60,464 bases of DNA from an uncultured Spirochaetales bacterium (GCA_946406925.1 CAMJMF010000001.1:1-60464); one strand, 5' to 3'. Numbered from the stretch's first letter, positions 33,475 to 43,417 are shown. Notes: generated by a model not told the origin, from the sequence alone. Numbers and translations are program-made.

Positions 33475-35072
33475 CTGGAAAAGGCATTTCATCGCTGACG
33501 GTTGTTTTTGGTGTGATTTGCCTTGCCTTAACTTGCTGTATAATTTTTCCTCTTTTTTGTGTTTTCTTAACACCGAAAATTTCTGATTTTATACAGGTTG
33601 CTTCTTCTTCTGTCTGGAAACAAGCCGCACTGAACACGCTTGTAGAATGCGTCTGCTCAACCGCGGCTTCTGTCTTAATAGGCTATATTTATGCTTATGC
33701 CGTCATAAACGGCGGCATTCCGTTCAAACGCTTTTTTTCATTTATTCCGCTTCTGCACCTTGTTACACCGCCATTTGTGGGTGGTCTTGCGTTTATTCTG
33801 CTGCTTGGGCGGCAGGGCTTTATTACAAACACAGTGCTCGGACTTGACGTTTCGCTTTACGGCTTTTGGGGGCTGCTTATAGCGCAGACGCTCTGCTTTT
33901 TTCCTATGGCTTACATGATTTGCGCTCAGACTTTGCAGAATATAAACCCTGCTTTGAAGCAGGCTGCAAAATCATTGGGGGCAGGGCAGCTTAAGACGTT
34001 TTTTGCTGTCATTCTGCCGCTTTCTGCGCCCGGTATTTTGTCAGCCGTTCTGTTTATAGCTGTTTCTGTTATGAGTGATTTTGGTAACCCGATGATTGTT
34101 GCAGGACGTTATAAGGTTCTTGCTGTAGAGATTTATACCCAGCTTACAGGTTGGGTAAACAGCGGCACCAGCGCGGTTTTGGGCATTCTGCTTGTGGTTC
34201 CGTCTTTAGTGCTGTTTGTGCTTCAAAACAAGCTGACCAAAAACGCCATGCTGAAAATAGCCACTATCGGCGGAAATTCACACACTGCTTCAGATGAGAG
34301 ACAGAATACGGCGGTGCGGCTTTTGCTGACGCTGTTCTGCCTGTTCATAAGCCTTTGCGTTTTTGCCCAGTTTGCGGCAATTATAGCCGGAAGTTTTCAG
34401 AAGCTTTGGGGCATAAACGTGAGTTTTACGCTTGATCACATAAAGAATCTTGCAAGGTGCAGACTTGAGCTTTTGAACAGCATGCGTTTTGCTTTTGAGG
34501 CGGCTTTGATAAGCACATTTATTGCCGCTATGGCCGCTTTTATTGTTTACAGAACCGAATATCCGCTTAAAAAATATATAGATTCTGTCATTCAGCTTCC
34601 GGCGGCTGTGCCCGGCACATTATTCGGTCTTGCTTTTTCTTTGGCGGCGGCAAAGCTGAATTTTCATAATTCAAGGGTATTAATTGTAATTGCCATAGTT
34701 GTCGGCTTTGTTCCGTTTTCTTACCGCACGCTGGCGTCTGCCTATATGCAGATAAAACCAACTTTAGACGACGGCGCCCGCTCGCTTGGTGCGTCAAGGC
34801 TAAGGCTGCTTTTTTCTGTTATTCTGCCAATTTCAAAGACAGGCCTGTTCAATTCATTTATATACGATTTTGTCCGCGGTGTCGGCACAATGAGCGCGGT
34901 TATTTTTCTTGTTTCGTTTAATACACCGCTGGCATCTGTGAAAATTCTGAATCTGGCTGAACAAGGTTTCTGGGGCGATGCGGCGGCTCTTGCGCTGCTG
35001 CTGACGCTGATAACTTTTGCTGTAATCGGTGCAGGAAGTGTTATAATAAACTGGAGAAAACGGAAAATATGA
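33453..35072 (+). CDS. ABC transporter permease, duplicated (two-domain) FbpB/ThiP-like
   Basis: 539 aa, about 12 TM helices, two EAA-like loops (AAKSLGAGQLKTFF, GARSLGASRLRLLF). Confidence 0.85.
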   Translation: MGGRSKIAGKGISSLTVVFGVICLALTCCIIFPLFCVFLTPKISDFIQVASSSVWKQAALNTLVECVCSTAASVLIGYIYAYAVINGGIPFKRFFSFIPLLHLVTPPFVGGLAFILLLGRQGFITNTVLGLDVSLYGFWGLLIAQTLCFFPMAYMICAQTLQNINPALKQAAKSLGAGQLKTFFAVILPLSAPGILSAVLFIAVSVMSDFGNPMIVAGRYKVLAVEIYTQLTGWVNSGTSAVLGILLVVPSLVLFVLQNKLTKNAMLKIATIGGNSHTASDERQNTAVRLLLTLFCLFISLCVFAQFAAIIAGSFQKLWGINVSFTLDHIKNLARCRLELLNSMRFAFEAALISTFIAAMAAFIVYRTEYPLKKYIDSVIQLPAAVPGTLFGLAFSLAAAKLNFHNSRVLIVIAIVVGFVPFSYRTLASAYMQIKPTLDDGARSLGASRLRLLFSVILPISKTGLFNSFIYDFVRGVGTMSAVIFLVSFNTPLASVKILNLAEQGFWGDAAALALLLTLITFAVIGAGSVIINWRKRKI

Positions 35073-36085
35073 CTGAAAACCAAATTGCTTTAAGCTTAAA
35101 AGATATTTCATATTCATATAAAGGTAGTGATGCGCCGGTTATAAAAGATTTTTCACTTGACGTAATTAAGGGAAGCTTCACAACGCTTTTGGGCCCGAGC
35201 GGCTGCGGCAAGACCACGCTGCTCAGGCTTATTTCGGGTTTTCTTGTGCCTTCAGGCGGAATAATTGAATTAAACGGAATAAACCAGAAGGGAATTGAGC
35301 CTGATAAGCGGAAAATCGGCATGGTTTTTCAGAATTACGCGCTTTTTCCGCACATGTCTGTAAAGCAGAACATACTTTTCGGCTTAAAGCTCAAGCGCGA
35401 TAAAACCACTGACAAAAAGCTTTCAAAAGAGCAGCAGGAAGAAAAAACCGCAAGTATAGCTGCAAATCTTGACCTTCAGAATCTTCTTGAGCGTTTTCCG
35501 AACGAACTTTCTGGCGGGCAGCAGCAGCGTGTTGCCCTGGCTCGCGCTCTTGTGCTTGATCCTGAAATTCTTCTGATGGACGAGCCGCTTTCCAGCCTTG
35601 ACACAAAACTCCGCGAAAAAGTGCGCGAGGAACTCAAGATAATCCAGCAGAAACTGAAAATTACAACCGTTTATGTGACGCACGACCAGGAAGAAGCTTT
35701 GTCGCTGTCAGACACAATTGCGGTTATAAACGACGGTTCTTTGCTTCAGTATGGTACGCCGAGAGAATTGTATTTTAAGCCGCAGAATGATTTTACGGCT
35801 GATTTTGTCGGCAGGGCTAATTTTGTGAGCCTTGAAAATGAGACATACATAATCAGGCCGGAATGGTTTGAGCTTAACAAAACTGAAAAGCAGGGCATTG
35901 TTGAAGGCAAGGTTGTTTCGGCAAGCTTTTTGGGCGACAGAACCCGCTTTGTGATTGCTGCCTCAAAAATAGAGGGCAGTGCATGCAATGTATCAATAAC
36001 AGCAGACCTTCCGACTTTAGAAACAAATTTTCTTGAAAAAGACGGCTCTGTTTCGTTGAACATTTCTCATAAATGGAAAATCTAA
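35069..36085 (+). CDS. ABC transporter ATP-binding protein (FbpC/PotA-like with C-terminal TOBE-like domain)
   Basis: Walker A GPSGCGKTT, signature LSGGQQQRVALARAL, Walker B LLMDEPLS. Confidence 0.9.
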   Translation: MTENQIALSLKDISYSYKGSDAPVIKDFSLDVIKGSFTTLLGPSGCGKTTLLRLISGFLVPSGGIIELNGINQKGIEPDKRKIGMVFQNYALFPHMSVKQNILFGLKLKRDKTTDKKLSKEQQEEKTASIAANLDLQNLLERFPNELSGGQQQRVALARALVLDPEILLMDEPLSSLDTKLREKVREELKIIQQKLKITTVYVTHDQEEALSLSDTIAVINDGSLLQYGTPRELYFKPQNDFTADFVGRANFVSLENETYIIRPEWFELNKTEKQGIVEGKVVSASFLGDRTRFVIAASKIEGSACNVSITADLPTLETNFLEKDGSVSLNISHKWKI

Positions 36086-36140
36086 ACTCAGCGGCTCTTT
36101 AAGAAGTGCGCCGCAGCCTGCCTCTTGATTAAGTTTAAAC

Positions 36141-36176
36141 AAAAAAAAGGTGTCTGAAAAACTTCAGGCACCTTTT
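36141..36176. terminator. bidirectional terminator between the ABC operon and the MCP gene
   Basis: A8 - AAAGGTGTCTGAA-aaac-TTCAGGCACCTTT - T-run, between convergent stops at 36085 and 36195. Confidence 0.7.
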
Positions 36177-36194
36177 CTGTTTTAATAAAGCTTG

Positions 36195-38027
36195 TTATTG
36201 CTTGGCGTCAAAATTTTCTACCTGCTGATTAAGAGTGTTTGCAATAGTCTTAATCTGCTCTGCTGAAGAAGAAATATTCTCTGTTGCAGCGCTGAAGTTT
36301 TCAACACCGGCAGAAATCTGCTTTAACGTAATCAGAATCTGACCAGAAGCGGCAGACTGCTGCTGTATAATAGATGTAATCTCGCGGGCAGAATCTGCTG
36401 TGATTTCTGCGGCGCTCTTGATGCTTGCAAATTTAGCTTCAAGTTCGTCTGCTGTTGCACAGCCTTCGTTGATTTTGGCTGTTCCGCTTTCACTGGCAAG
36501 AATCAAAGTATCAGAAGAATGCTGAATGTTTGTAATGCGCTCTTTGATCTGCTTTGTGTTGTCAATAATGCCGTCAGCAAGGCGCCGGATTTCGCTTGCA
36601 ACAATGTGGAAGTTTTTACCGGCTTCGCCTGCACTGGCTGCTTCAAGCTCTGCATTAAAAGCAATGATTTTTGCCTGATCGGCAACGCTTGTAATCATTG
36701 TAACAATTTCCCAAATGTTGTCGATTTCTTTGCTGAGTTTCTTGATGCCTTCAATTGTGTTTGCATTTGCATCAAATATTTCGTGAAGCTTCTGAACGTT
36801 TACTTCAAGTGCTACAGCGCCGTCAGCAACGTCTGTTGTGGTTTTTTCTGCAACAGAAGAAACATCTTCGATTTTGGTTGCGATATTCTCCGAAAGATTG
36901 TTTGAGTCTTCCATTGTTGCAACAATTTCTTTTACGGCTGCGCTTTGTTCCTGTGATGTAGCGGCTGTCTCTTTTGCAACAACTACAAGATTCTGTGTCT
37001 GTGAGAAGAGGTTAGTACCTAAATCTTTTTCTTCTTCACGCATCTTATAGAATTTTACCATAGCAGTGTAAAGACCGGCACCAAGTACGAGAATTGCAGC
37101 TGCAACAATAAAATAGATTACGACAGCAAAGCCTGAATAAAGCGATTTTGATGTATACTGTGAAGATACAATCATGTTCCAGGTAGTGTCGGGTATTTTC
37201 TGAATAAAATATTCACCCTTTTCAAACTTGAAGGATTCGCGTTCGGCGCGGTTCTTTTTTTCCATTACAGAAGAGATTTTCTTTAAAAGTCCTGCTGAAA
37301 GCACTTCTTCTATGCTTGCGCCTTTTTCAACCAAAGACTGGTCTCTTGCAGCGATAATCTTCATGTCATCGTCAAAGAAATAACACTCAATGGTCTTAGG
37401 CAGTCTTGCGAATATATGTTCCTGCATGTATTTGCCTACAGAAAGTGCTGTACCGATTGCGCCGACAGTCTTTCCGTTGTTGTCAAATACTGGCGCGCCA
37501 ATCTGAATCTTGCTTTCGCCTGTGCGCAGATCTGGAGCAACTGCAATTGTGTATGGTGTTGTTTTTGAAAGCGCCATAACCCTGTCAAGCACTGGTTTCA
37601 GTACGGGAACAGCAGACAGCGGCACAGGCGGTGTGTCTGACATATATACAATGTCGTTTACCGGAGAGTAATACAAAGACCATTGGTCTGCAAATCTGCC
37701 TGTGTACAGAGCAGCTTCAGCAGCCATATCTTTGCTGTATTCAGAATTATTCGGATTAGAGCAGTATTTTTTTGTAACGACTGAATTAGCAAATTGAATT
37801 GTCATTTTTGCTTCGTTTGTTACATTATCAGTAAGACCGCTGATTGTGCGGTCAATGAATTGCGGCAGCCGGATTTCAACGCTGTTAAAGAACATTGATT
37901 TTGCTACAATTTGATAAACAAGTGTCATGATAGCAATTAATACAACCTCGGTTATTACTATTGGCAAGGTTATCTTCTTTATGCGTGTCATTGTTTTTGT
38001 TTGAGATTCAACTGCTTCTTTAGGCAT
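36195..38027 (-). CDS. methyl-accepting chemotaxis protein
   Basis: 610 aa. Two TM helices flank a periplasmic domain. C-terminal MA signalling domain (EQSAAVKEIVATMED, AFNAELEAASAGEAGKNFHIVASEIRRLA). Confidence 0.9.
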   Translation of the reverse strand: MPKEAVESQTKTMTRIKKITLPIVITEVVLIAIMTLVYQIVAKSMFFNSVEIRLPQFIDRTISGLTDNVTNEAKMTIQFANSVVTKKYCSNPNNSEYSKDMAAEAALYTGRFADQWSLYYSPVNDIVYMSDTPPVPLSAVPVLKPVLDRVMALSKTTPYTIAVAPDLRTGESKIQIGAPVFDNNGKTVGAIGTALSVGKYMQEHIFARLPKTIECYFFDDDMKIIAARDQSLVEKGASIEEVLSAGLLKKISSVMEKKNRAERESFKFEKGEYFIQKIPDTTWNMIVSSQYTSKSLYSGFAVVIYFIVAAAILVLGAGLYTAMVKFYKMREEEKDLGTNLFSQTQNLVVVAKETAATSQEQSAAVKEIVATMEDSNNLSENIATKIEDVSSVAEKTTTDVADGAVALEVNVQKLHEIFDANANTIEGIKKLSKEIDNIWEIVTMITSVADQAKIIAFNAELEAASAGEAGKNFHIVASEIRRLADGIIDNTKQIKERITNIQHSSDTLILASESGTAKINEGCATADELEAKFASIKSAAEITADSAREITSIIQQQSAASGQILITLKQISAGVENFSAATENISSSAEQIKTIANTLNQQVENFDAKQ

Positions 38028-38196
38028 AAAAGATTCTCCTTAAAACTCAGTCTTCATTAAAATAGTAGATATTTTGAGTTTAACACGAGAATCAGGAAAA
38101 AGGTAAATTATTTTTAATAAAAATCACTAAAATTCAGAGGAAATTGAGATTTTAAAAGAAATACTTAAAATCAACAAAAAAAATATTCTACGCCTA

Positions 38197-38225
38197 TTGA
38201 CAAAAAATTGTTTGGCGTGTATCTT
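38197..38225 (+). promoter_or_regulatory. promoter of tRNA-Val copy 1
   Basis: TTGACA, 17-nt spacer, TATCTT, then 12 nt to the mature 5' end. Confidence 0.55.
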
Positions 38226-38237
38226 ATTGACACTTAC

Positions 38238-38310
38238 GGGCGATTAGCTCAGCTGGGAGAGCACCTGGTTTACACCCAGGTTGTCGGGGGTTCGATCCCC
38301 TCATCGCCCA
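38238..38310 (+). tRNA. tRNA-Val(TAC), copy 1
   Basis: Acceptor GGGCGAT/ATCGCCC, anticodon stem CCTGG/CCAGG with loop TTTACAC, T arm GGGGG-TTCGATC-CCCTC. Confidence 0.9.
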
Positions 38311-38343
38311 AAAGACCATCTGAAAACAGATGGTCTTTTTTTT
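38311..38343 (+). terminator. terminator after tRNA-Val copy 1
   Basis: AAAGACCATCTG-aaaa-CAGATGGTCTTT followed by T8. Confidence 0.8.
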
Positions 38344-38435
38344 GCCCTTTCCAGATTATTCATTCAATAAGATAAATTAAGTTGCACAAAACCCCGAAAG
38401 GCAAAATTGTGCAAATAGACTTGTGAGGAGGGAAC

Positions 38436-38570
38436 TGTATACAAGCTGTCGGTTTTTGTGCAAACAAAAAGCGACACTTTTCGCCGAATAAACTCAAGTC
38501 GTAGATTGGACTATTGCGAAAAGAATTTCGCCGATTAGGCTTCCATCGTAGATAAAGCTATTTCGAAAAG
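38436..38570 (+). repeat. modular intergenic repeat family, locus 3 (H-T unit plus T unit)
   Basis: CAAGCTGTCGGTTTTTGTGCAAACAAAAAGCGACACTTTTCGCCGAAT...GTAGATTGGACTATTGCGAAAAG, then AATTTCGCCGATT...GTAGATAAAGCTATTTCGAAAAG. Confidence 0.8.
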
Positions 38571-38571
38571 C

Positions 38572-38600
38572 TTGACACTTTTTGCGAAAGTCTGTATAGT
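38572..38600 (+). promoter_or_regulatory. promoter of tRNA-Val copy 2
   Basis: TTGACA, 17-nt spacer, TATAGT, then 12 nt to the mature 5' end. The -35 hexamer starts 1 nt after the end of the repeat. Confidence 0.55.
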
Positions 38601-38612
38601 AATCAGCGTTAC

Positions 38613-38685
38613 GGGCGATTAGCTCAGCTGGGAGAGCACCTGGTTTACACCCAGGTTGTCGGGGGTTCGATCCCCTCATCGCCCA
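38613..38685 (+). tRNA. tRNA-Val(TAC), copy 2 (identical to copy 1)
   Basis: Same 73-nt sequence as 38238-38310. Confidence 0.9.
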
Positions 38686-38717
38686 AAAGACCATCTGAAA
38701 ACAGATGGTCTTTTTTT
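38686..38717 (+). terminator. terminator after tRNA-Val copy 2
   Basis: Same hairpin as at 38311, followed by T7. Confidence 0.8.
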
Positions 38718-38759
38718 GCTTTTTTAGTCTTTCTTCCCGCCGGATTTTTTCACATTTTG

Positions 38760-38788
38760 TTGTTATTTTCATATTAATAAATTATAAT
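38760..38788 (+). promoter_or_regulatory. promoter of the purine permease gene
   Basis: TTGTTA, 17-nt spacer, TATAAT. Leaves a leader of about 75-80 nt. Confidence 0.5.
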
Positions 38789-38870
38789 GTTAAGCATCTG
38801 ATAAATCTCGCAAGGCAAATGCTCCATGAGATTTTGAATGTTCCAAATAGCTGTAGGAGGCTGTAAAAAA

Positions 38871-40292
38871 ATGGAGAAGTTGTTTAAACTAAAGGAGAAC
38901 GGAACAACTGTAAAGACAGAAATTGTTGCCGGTCTCACAACTTTTATGACAATGGCTTATATCATTGCATTGAACCCGAATCTTTTAACAGGATTTGACG
39001 TCGGTTCAAGTTTGTGGAATGGTATTTTCCTTGCTACTTGTATTGCTTCTGCAATCGGTATGTTTGTTATGGCTTTAGCTGCCAACAAGCCTTTTGCAAT
39101 GGCACCTGGAATGGGCTTGAACTCATTCTTTGCATTTGTAATTGCTCAGATTGTTTCTATTACAGGTTTGTCTTATGTAGAATCTTTCCAGGCAGGCTTA
39201 ATCATCATTTTGATTGAAGGTATTATCTTTATAATTCTTTCAATTTTCAATATCCGCGATAAGATTGTAAACGCAATTCCGCTCGGTGTACGCCTTGGTA
39301 TCGGACCGGCTATCGGTCTTATGCTTATGAACATCGGTCTCGGCTCTAACTGCGGTATTTACTCTGACAAGGGCGGCCCTTTCTATGTAATGAGAGACTT
39401 CTTCGGTGCTCTTACAGCAGGTTTTGCAAAGACAAACATCGGTTCCGGCTATGGAATGATGGTATTGACTGTAGCAACAATGTTCATCGGTCTTTTTGTA
39501 ATTATTGCTTTGAGCCACAAAGGTGTTAAGGGTGCAGTTATTCTTGGAATGCTTGTTGCCTCAATCATTTATTGGATTGGCGAAGTTGTTTTCTTCAATA
39601 TCAATCCGTTTGCTGCTCTTGCTTCTGCATCTTGGGTTCCTCCATTCGGCGATATGGCTTCTACAACATTGTTCAAGTTCAATTTTGCAGCTCTGCCTCA
39701 GATCGGCTGGTTCACAATCATCACATTGATTATCACTTTCTGTATCATCGATATGTTTGATACAATCGGTACTTTGGTTGGTACTGCTTCTAAAGCAAAT
39801 ATGCTTGATAAAGACGGAAACATGCCAAACATGAGAGAAGCTCTTCTTGCTGACGCTGTTGGTACTGTAGCAGGTGCATGTACAGGTACTTCAACTGTTA
39901 CAACATTTGTTGAGTCTGCTTCTGGTGTTGAAGCCGGTGGCCGCACAGGTCTTACAGCTCTTACAACAGGCATTATCTTCCTGCTTTGTATCTTCATTTC
40001 ACCGATCGCAGCAATTATCCCTTCTGCAGCAACATCAGCTGCATTGATTTACGTTGGTATTTTGATGCTCTCTAACCTCAAGAAAATCGATTTTGAGGAT
40101 ATTACTCAGGCTGCACCTGTATTCATCATGCTTCTTGCTATGCCTATTTCAGGTTCTATCGGTCACGGAATTGGTCTTGCTTTGATTACATTTACAGTTA
40201 TCAAGATTGCAACAGGCAACTCAAAGGACGTTTCTGTTCTTACATTTATTCTTTCAGCAATCTTCCTTGTAAAATTCTTCCTGGCAGTCTAA
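38871..40292 (+). CDS. NCS2/AzgA-family purine (adenine/guanine/hypoxanthine) permease
   Basis: Start at the ATG at 38871, 10 nt after AGGAGG. MEKLFKLKENGTTVKTEIVAGLTTFMTMAYII N-terminus typical of AzgA/PurP-like permeases. About 13 TM helices. Confidence 0.85.
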   Translation: MEKLFKLKENGTTVKTEIVAGLTTFMTMAYIIALNPNLLTGFDVGSSLWNGIFLATCIASAIGMFVMALAANKPFAMAPGMGLNSFFAFVIAQIVSITGLSYVESFQAGLIIILIEGIIFIILSIFNIRDKIVNAIPLGVRLGIGPAIGLMLMNIGLGSNCGIYSDKGGPFYVMRDFFGALTAGFAKTNIGSGYGMMVLTVATMFIGLFVIIALSHKGVKGAVILGMLVASIIYWIGEVVFFNINPFAALASASWVPPFGDMASTTLFKFNFAALPQIGWFTIITLIITFCIIDMFDTIGTLVGTASKANMLDKDGNMPNMREALLADAVGTVAGACTGTSTVTTFVESASGVEAGGRTGLTALTTGIIFLLCIFISPIAAIIPSAATSAALIYVGILMLSNLKKIDFEDITQAAPVFIMLLAMPISGSIGHGIGLALITFTVIKIATGNSKDVSVLTFILSAIFLVKFFLAV

Positions 40293-40314
40293 TTGATCTT
40301 TAGCTGAATTTAAG

Positions 40315-40357
40315 GCGGCTGATATACGGGTTATTCCCGCTGTCAGCCGCTTTTTTT
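40315..40357 (+). terminator. terminator of the permease gene
   Basis: GCGGCTGA...TCAGCCGC followed by T7. Confidence 0.7.
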
Positions 40358-40401
40358 ATTGGGTGTGGCTGTGCACGCTTTTATAAAGCGGTGCTCTTTA
40401 G

Positions 40402-41187
40402 TTAGACTTCGATTTTTAGTTCTTCAGCCAGCTCTTTGATTTTTTCTTCGGGCAGATCTGTAATTTCCGCAATTTGCACTATAGTACCGATGTGCTTCAG
40501 AAGCATATTCCGCGCTGCTTCAAGTTTGGCTTCAGTTTTTGCTTCTTCCATTATGTCAAAGTCGTGGATATTGCATCTCATATAGTCACTCCTGAACTGC
40601 TCGTTCTCTTTAGCTTTTTCTACGCTTTTGAAGATACCGGCTGTAAAATCATCTTCCGGCACATTTGTACTGATGTAATGCAGAAATGCGTAAATTTCCG
40701 GGTCGCTTTCCTTTTTATACGCACTTGCATTATAAAAGACTTTGTGCGTTTTGTCATCAAACTCTTTTTCGGGGTGATTCTCGAAGACGGTCTTTGTTTT
40801 GTAGCATGGCTCACCCAAGTTGAAAGGGTCAGTCTTACAGATGAAAATCACATAACTTTCTTTAAGTTCTTTAAAATTTGCACCTTTTGCGAGTAAGTCC
40901 ATGTCAATCATTGACTGATAGTAGCGTGTGCGTTTTTCGATTTCTGCAAATTTCTTATTTTGAATTTCGATGTCGTAGACTTTGTCAGAGTCTTTGACAT
41001 AAACGTCAAAACGCACGCCCCGCGTTTCATAATACGGTGCAATAGTTTCCTGCAAAGTTATAAGCTCAAGCTTTTCAACTTTGATGTGCAGAAGCCGCTC
41101 TATAACACCTTTGCAGATTTCCTCATTTTTCATTATAGCACCGAACATATAGTCATCGGTAAAGGTTAGTTCTTCGATAGTTTTCAT
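40402..41187 (-). CDS. Rpn-family recombination-promoting nuclease / putative transposase (PD-(D/E)XK), second copy
   Basis: 261 aa. DDYMFGAIMKNEEICKGVIERLL, RFDVY...YDIEIQ, RTRYYQS. C-terminal IVQIAEITDLPEEKIKELA helix. Confidence 0.8.
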   Translation of the reverse strand: MKTIEELTFTDDYMFGAIMKNEEICKGVIERLLHIKVEKLELITLQETIAPYYETRGVRFDVYVKDSDKVYDIEIQNKKFAEIEKRTRYYQSMIDMDLLAKGANFKELKESYVIFICKTDPFNLGEPCYKTKTVFENHPEKEFDDKTHKVFYNASAYKKESDPEIYAFLHYISTNVPEDDFTAGIFKSVEKAKENEQFRSDYMRCNIHDFDIMEEAKTEAKLEAARNMLLKHIGTIVQIAEITDLPEEKIKELAEELKIEV

Positions 41188-41290
41188 TATGAAGCTCCTT
41201 TAATTATTTTTCATAATGACTATCAATAAAAAATTTGTTTTTTTGTGTCTTTTTGAGAAAAAACTTAAAGATTTTACAAAAAATATGGGT

Positions 41291-43417
41291 TTATTCTTCT
41301 GGCGGGAGAACGCGCTTGTAATAGTCTTTATCGAGAATGAGAGCCGAGTAGTGTACTTCGTCTTGAAGCTGCTTCTTTATCTTAGCGGCTTCTTCCTCAC
41401 TTACGCTCCCGCCGTCTAAGGTTACGGCTTTGTTAGTGTCGCTTCTGTATTTGATTTTGTCTGTAATTACGTTGGCACTTTTCAGTACAACAAACGGCGG
41501 TGTGTCGCTGAAAATGTCATGCCCCATAAGAAGGCGCGAATCGTATTCAAGTCCAAAAAGATTGGAAATCGTCGGCACAATGTCCATATTCGAGCAGATT
41601 TTGTCAACCTCGCACGGTTCCTGTGACGGATTAAAGAGAATCAGGCTGTTTCTGTAAAGCTCAAACGTAACGTCAACGTGGCTTTTCATAAGCATTCTGT
41701 GCTGGGCAAGCTCAAGCCCATAAGGGTAGTGGTCAGCGGCAAGCACAATTACTGTGTCTTCGGCTTTGCCCCTTTTGTTCAGCTCCTCAAGCAGAAAAGC
41801 GAGCGCGCGGTCTAGCTCAATATTGCATGCAAAAAAGGCTTTTACGGCTTCATCTTTATACGGCAGATTTTCAACCAAATCTTTGTTTTTGATTGCCATA
41901 GCGTTTGCCCAAAAATTATAGGGCAGGTGACCGCTTATGGTCATGTAATAAACATGGAATTTATCTTCATCAATATAGTCTTTTATTGTTTCCTGCATCA
42001 TCTCAAGGTCAGAATCGGGCCATTTGTCTGTCTTGCGGTAGCCGTCACCCATTGAGACAAATTGATAGCCGAGATGAGGATGCGTAAGGTTACGGTCGTA
42101 GTAGCTTCCCAGATAATTGTGGTATGCCATTGTCTTGTAACCCAATTTTTTAAACTGATTGCCGAGTGCAAACGGCAGATAGTTTTTTACAGAATCTTTG
42201 AGACTGTATGTCCCGGATTTTGGAATAAGACCGAGACAGTTTACATATTCGCCGTCTGTTGTAGAGACTTCCCAATATGGCGTGTAGAAATTCGTAAAAT
42301 AAAAGCCGTCATGAATCATGTGATAGAGCGTCGGCGTTATTTCAGGGTCTGCGGCAAAGGAAGCGAAGCTTTCGGCTGTGATATAGATGAGATTTTTGTC
42401 CTTAAAAAGCCCTGTGTATTCGTTCTGCGCGTCAGGCTTCCTGTTCTTAAAGTACAAGTCCATCTGGTGTGTTGTTTCGTCCGCGTCATCGGCAAGAAGC
42501 TTGTCAAAATCTATGTCGAGCATGTTGTACTTTGTCTTGTGCTCAGTTTCTGTAATAACAGGCGCTTCTATGTGAAGTTCATGGACTTCAGTTGCTTTTG
42601 CTGTGTGCGTGCTGTCGAATAAACTGCTGATTTTTCCGAGAACAATTTCTTCCGCTGTTCTTTTGTTCTGCAAAATCATGCGCTCGCCGTCTAATGCATA
42701 AGCATGAAGCGCGCCGGCAGTCAGAACTGTTACATCAACCGGCTTCTTTTCTGTCAAAACGCTGTACAGACTTCCGTTATCCGGCAACGCTCCGCAGATA
42801 AAAACAATGAAAAAAAGCTTGAACATAACCAGAAGCCCGGCGCATATTGCAATATGCTTAAAGCTGAGTCTTTCTTCATTTATAAGATTTTTTATCTGGC
42901 GTATCTGGCTTTTCTTTGCTTTCTTAAGCTTCTGCAGCTTTGCTTTGAGAAGCTTTTTGCGCCTTTTTGTGTGGTTTGCGTCAATAAAAAGAGGAATCAG
43001 CGCAAAAAACAGTGGCAGCAGTGATAAAAGCAGAAAATAACGGTTTTTGTGGATTGTGCCAGCTACTATCTGCGGAAAATTTGTCAGCGCGTCTGTTCCG
43101 TTCAGTATTACACCGAGCGAACTGTATGTGGCAAAAACGCCGTAAAAGCATATTTGAATGCACTCCGCAAGAACAATAAGCACAAGCAGAATTGCCGCCG
43201 TTATTTTCGCCAAAGTTTTGGGCAGAAGAAAGCTGATTACGCCAAAGCTGAGCGCGCTGCTCAAAAAAAGCAGCAGCGTTTCTGGCTTATAAAGCGCAAG
43301 TTCACCATTTGAAGCGAAAAGCAGAAGCCCGTGTGCAAAGATAAGTGCAAATGCAGCAAGACTGGCTGATACACAGCTCCGCACTATCCGGGACGGACGC
43401 GGATTAAGCGTTTTCAT
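41291..43417 (-). CDS. LTA-synthase-family (sulfatase-like) membrane phosphotransferase
   Basis: 708 aa. N-terminal polytopic region, C-terminal alkaline-phosphatase/sulfatase-like domain (YITAESF, SGHLPY, VLAADHYPYG). Start shares 1 nt with the upstream stop (TAATG). Confidence 0.7.
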   Translation of the reverse strand: MKTLNPRPSRIVRSCVSASLAAFALIFAHGLLLFASNGELALYKPETLLLFLSSALSFGVISFLLPKTLAKITAAILLVLIVLAECIQICFYGVFATYSSLGVILNGTDALTNFPQIVAGTIHKNRYFLLLSLLPLFFALIPLFIDANHTKRRKKLLKAKLQKLKKAKKSQIRQIKNLINEERLSFKHIAICAGLLVMFKLFFIVFICGALPDNGSLYSVLTEKKPVDVTVLTAGALHAYALDGERMILQNKRTAEEIVLGKISSLFDSTHTAKATEVHELHIEAPVITETEHKTKYNMLDIDFDKLLADDADETTHQMDLYFKNRKPDAQNEYTGLFKDKNLIYITAESFASFAADPEITPTLYHMIHDGFYFTNFYTPYWEVSTTDGEYVNCLGLIPKSGTYSLKDSVKNYLPFALGNQFKKLGYKTMAYHNYLGSYYDRNLTHPHLGYQFVSMGDGYRKTDKWPDSDLEMMQETIKDYIDEDKFHVYYMTISGHLPYNFWANAMAIKNKDLVENLPYKDEAVKAFFACNIELDRALAFLLEELNKRGKAEDTVIVLAADHYPYGLELAQHRMLMKSHVDVTFELYRNSLILFNPSQEPCEVDKICSNMDIVPTISNLFGLEYDSRLLMGHDIFSDTPPFVVLKSANVITDKIKYRSDTNKAVTLDGGSVSEEEAAKIKKQLQDEVHYSALILDKDYYKRVLPPEE

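Noticed and set aside
38789-38870. Purine riboswitch in the leader of the NCS2 purine permease gene.
   Set aside because: The leader contains a hairpin (AAATCTC...GAGATTT) but lacks the conserved purine-aptamer core (the three-way junction with TATAAT.. / ..TTTCTACC.. elements). A different, unknown element cannot be excluded, but I cannot support one.
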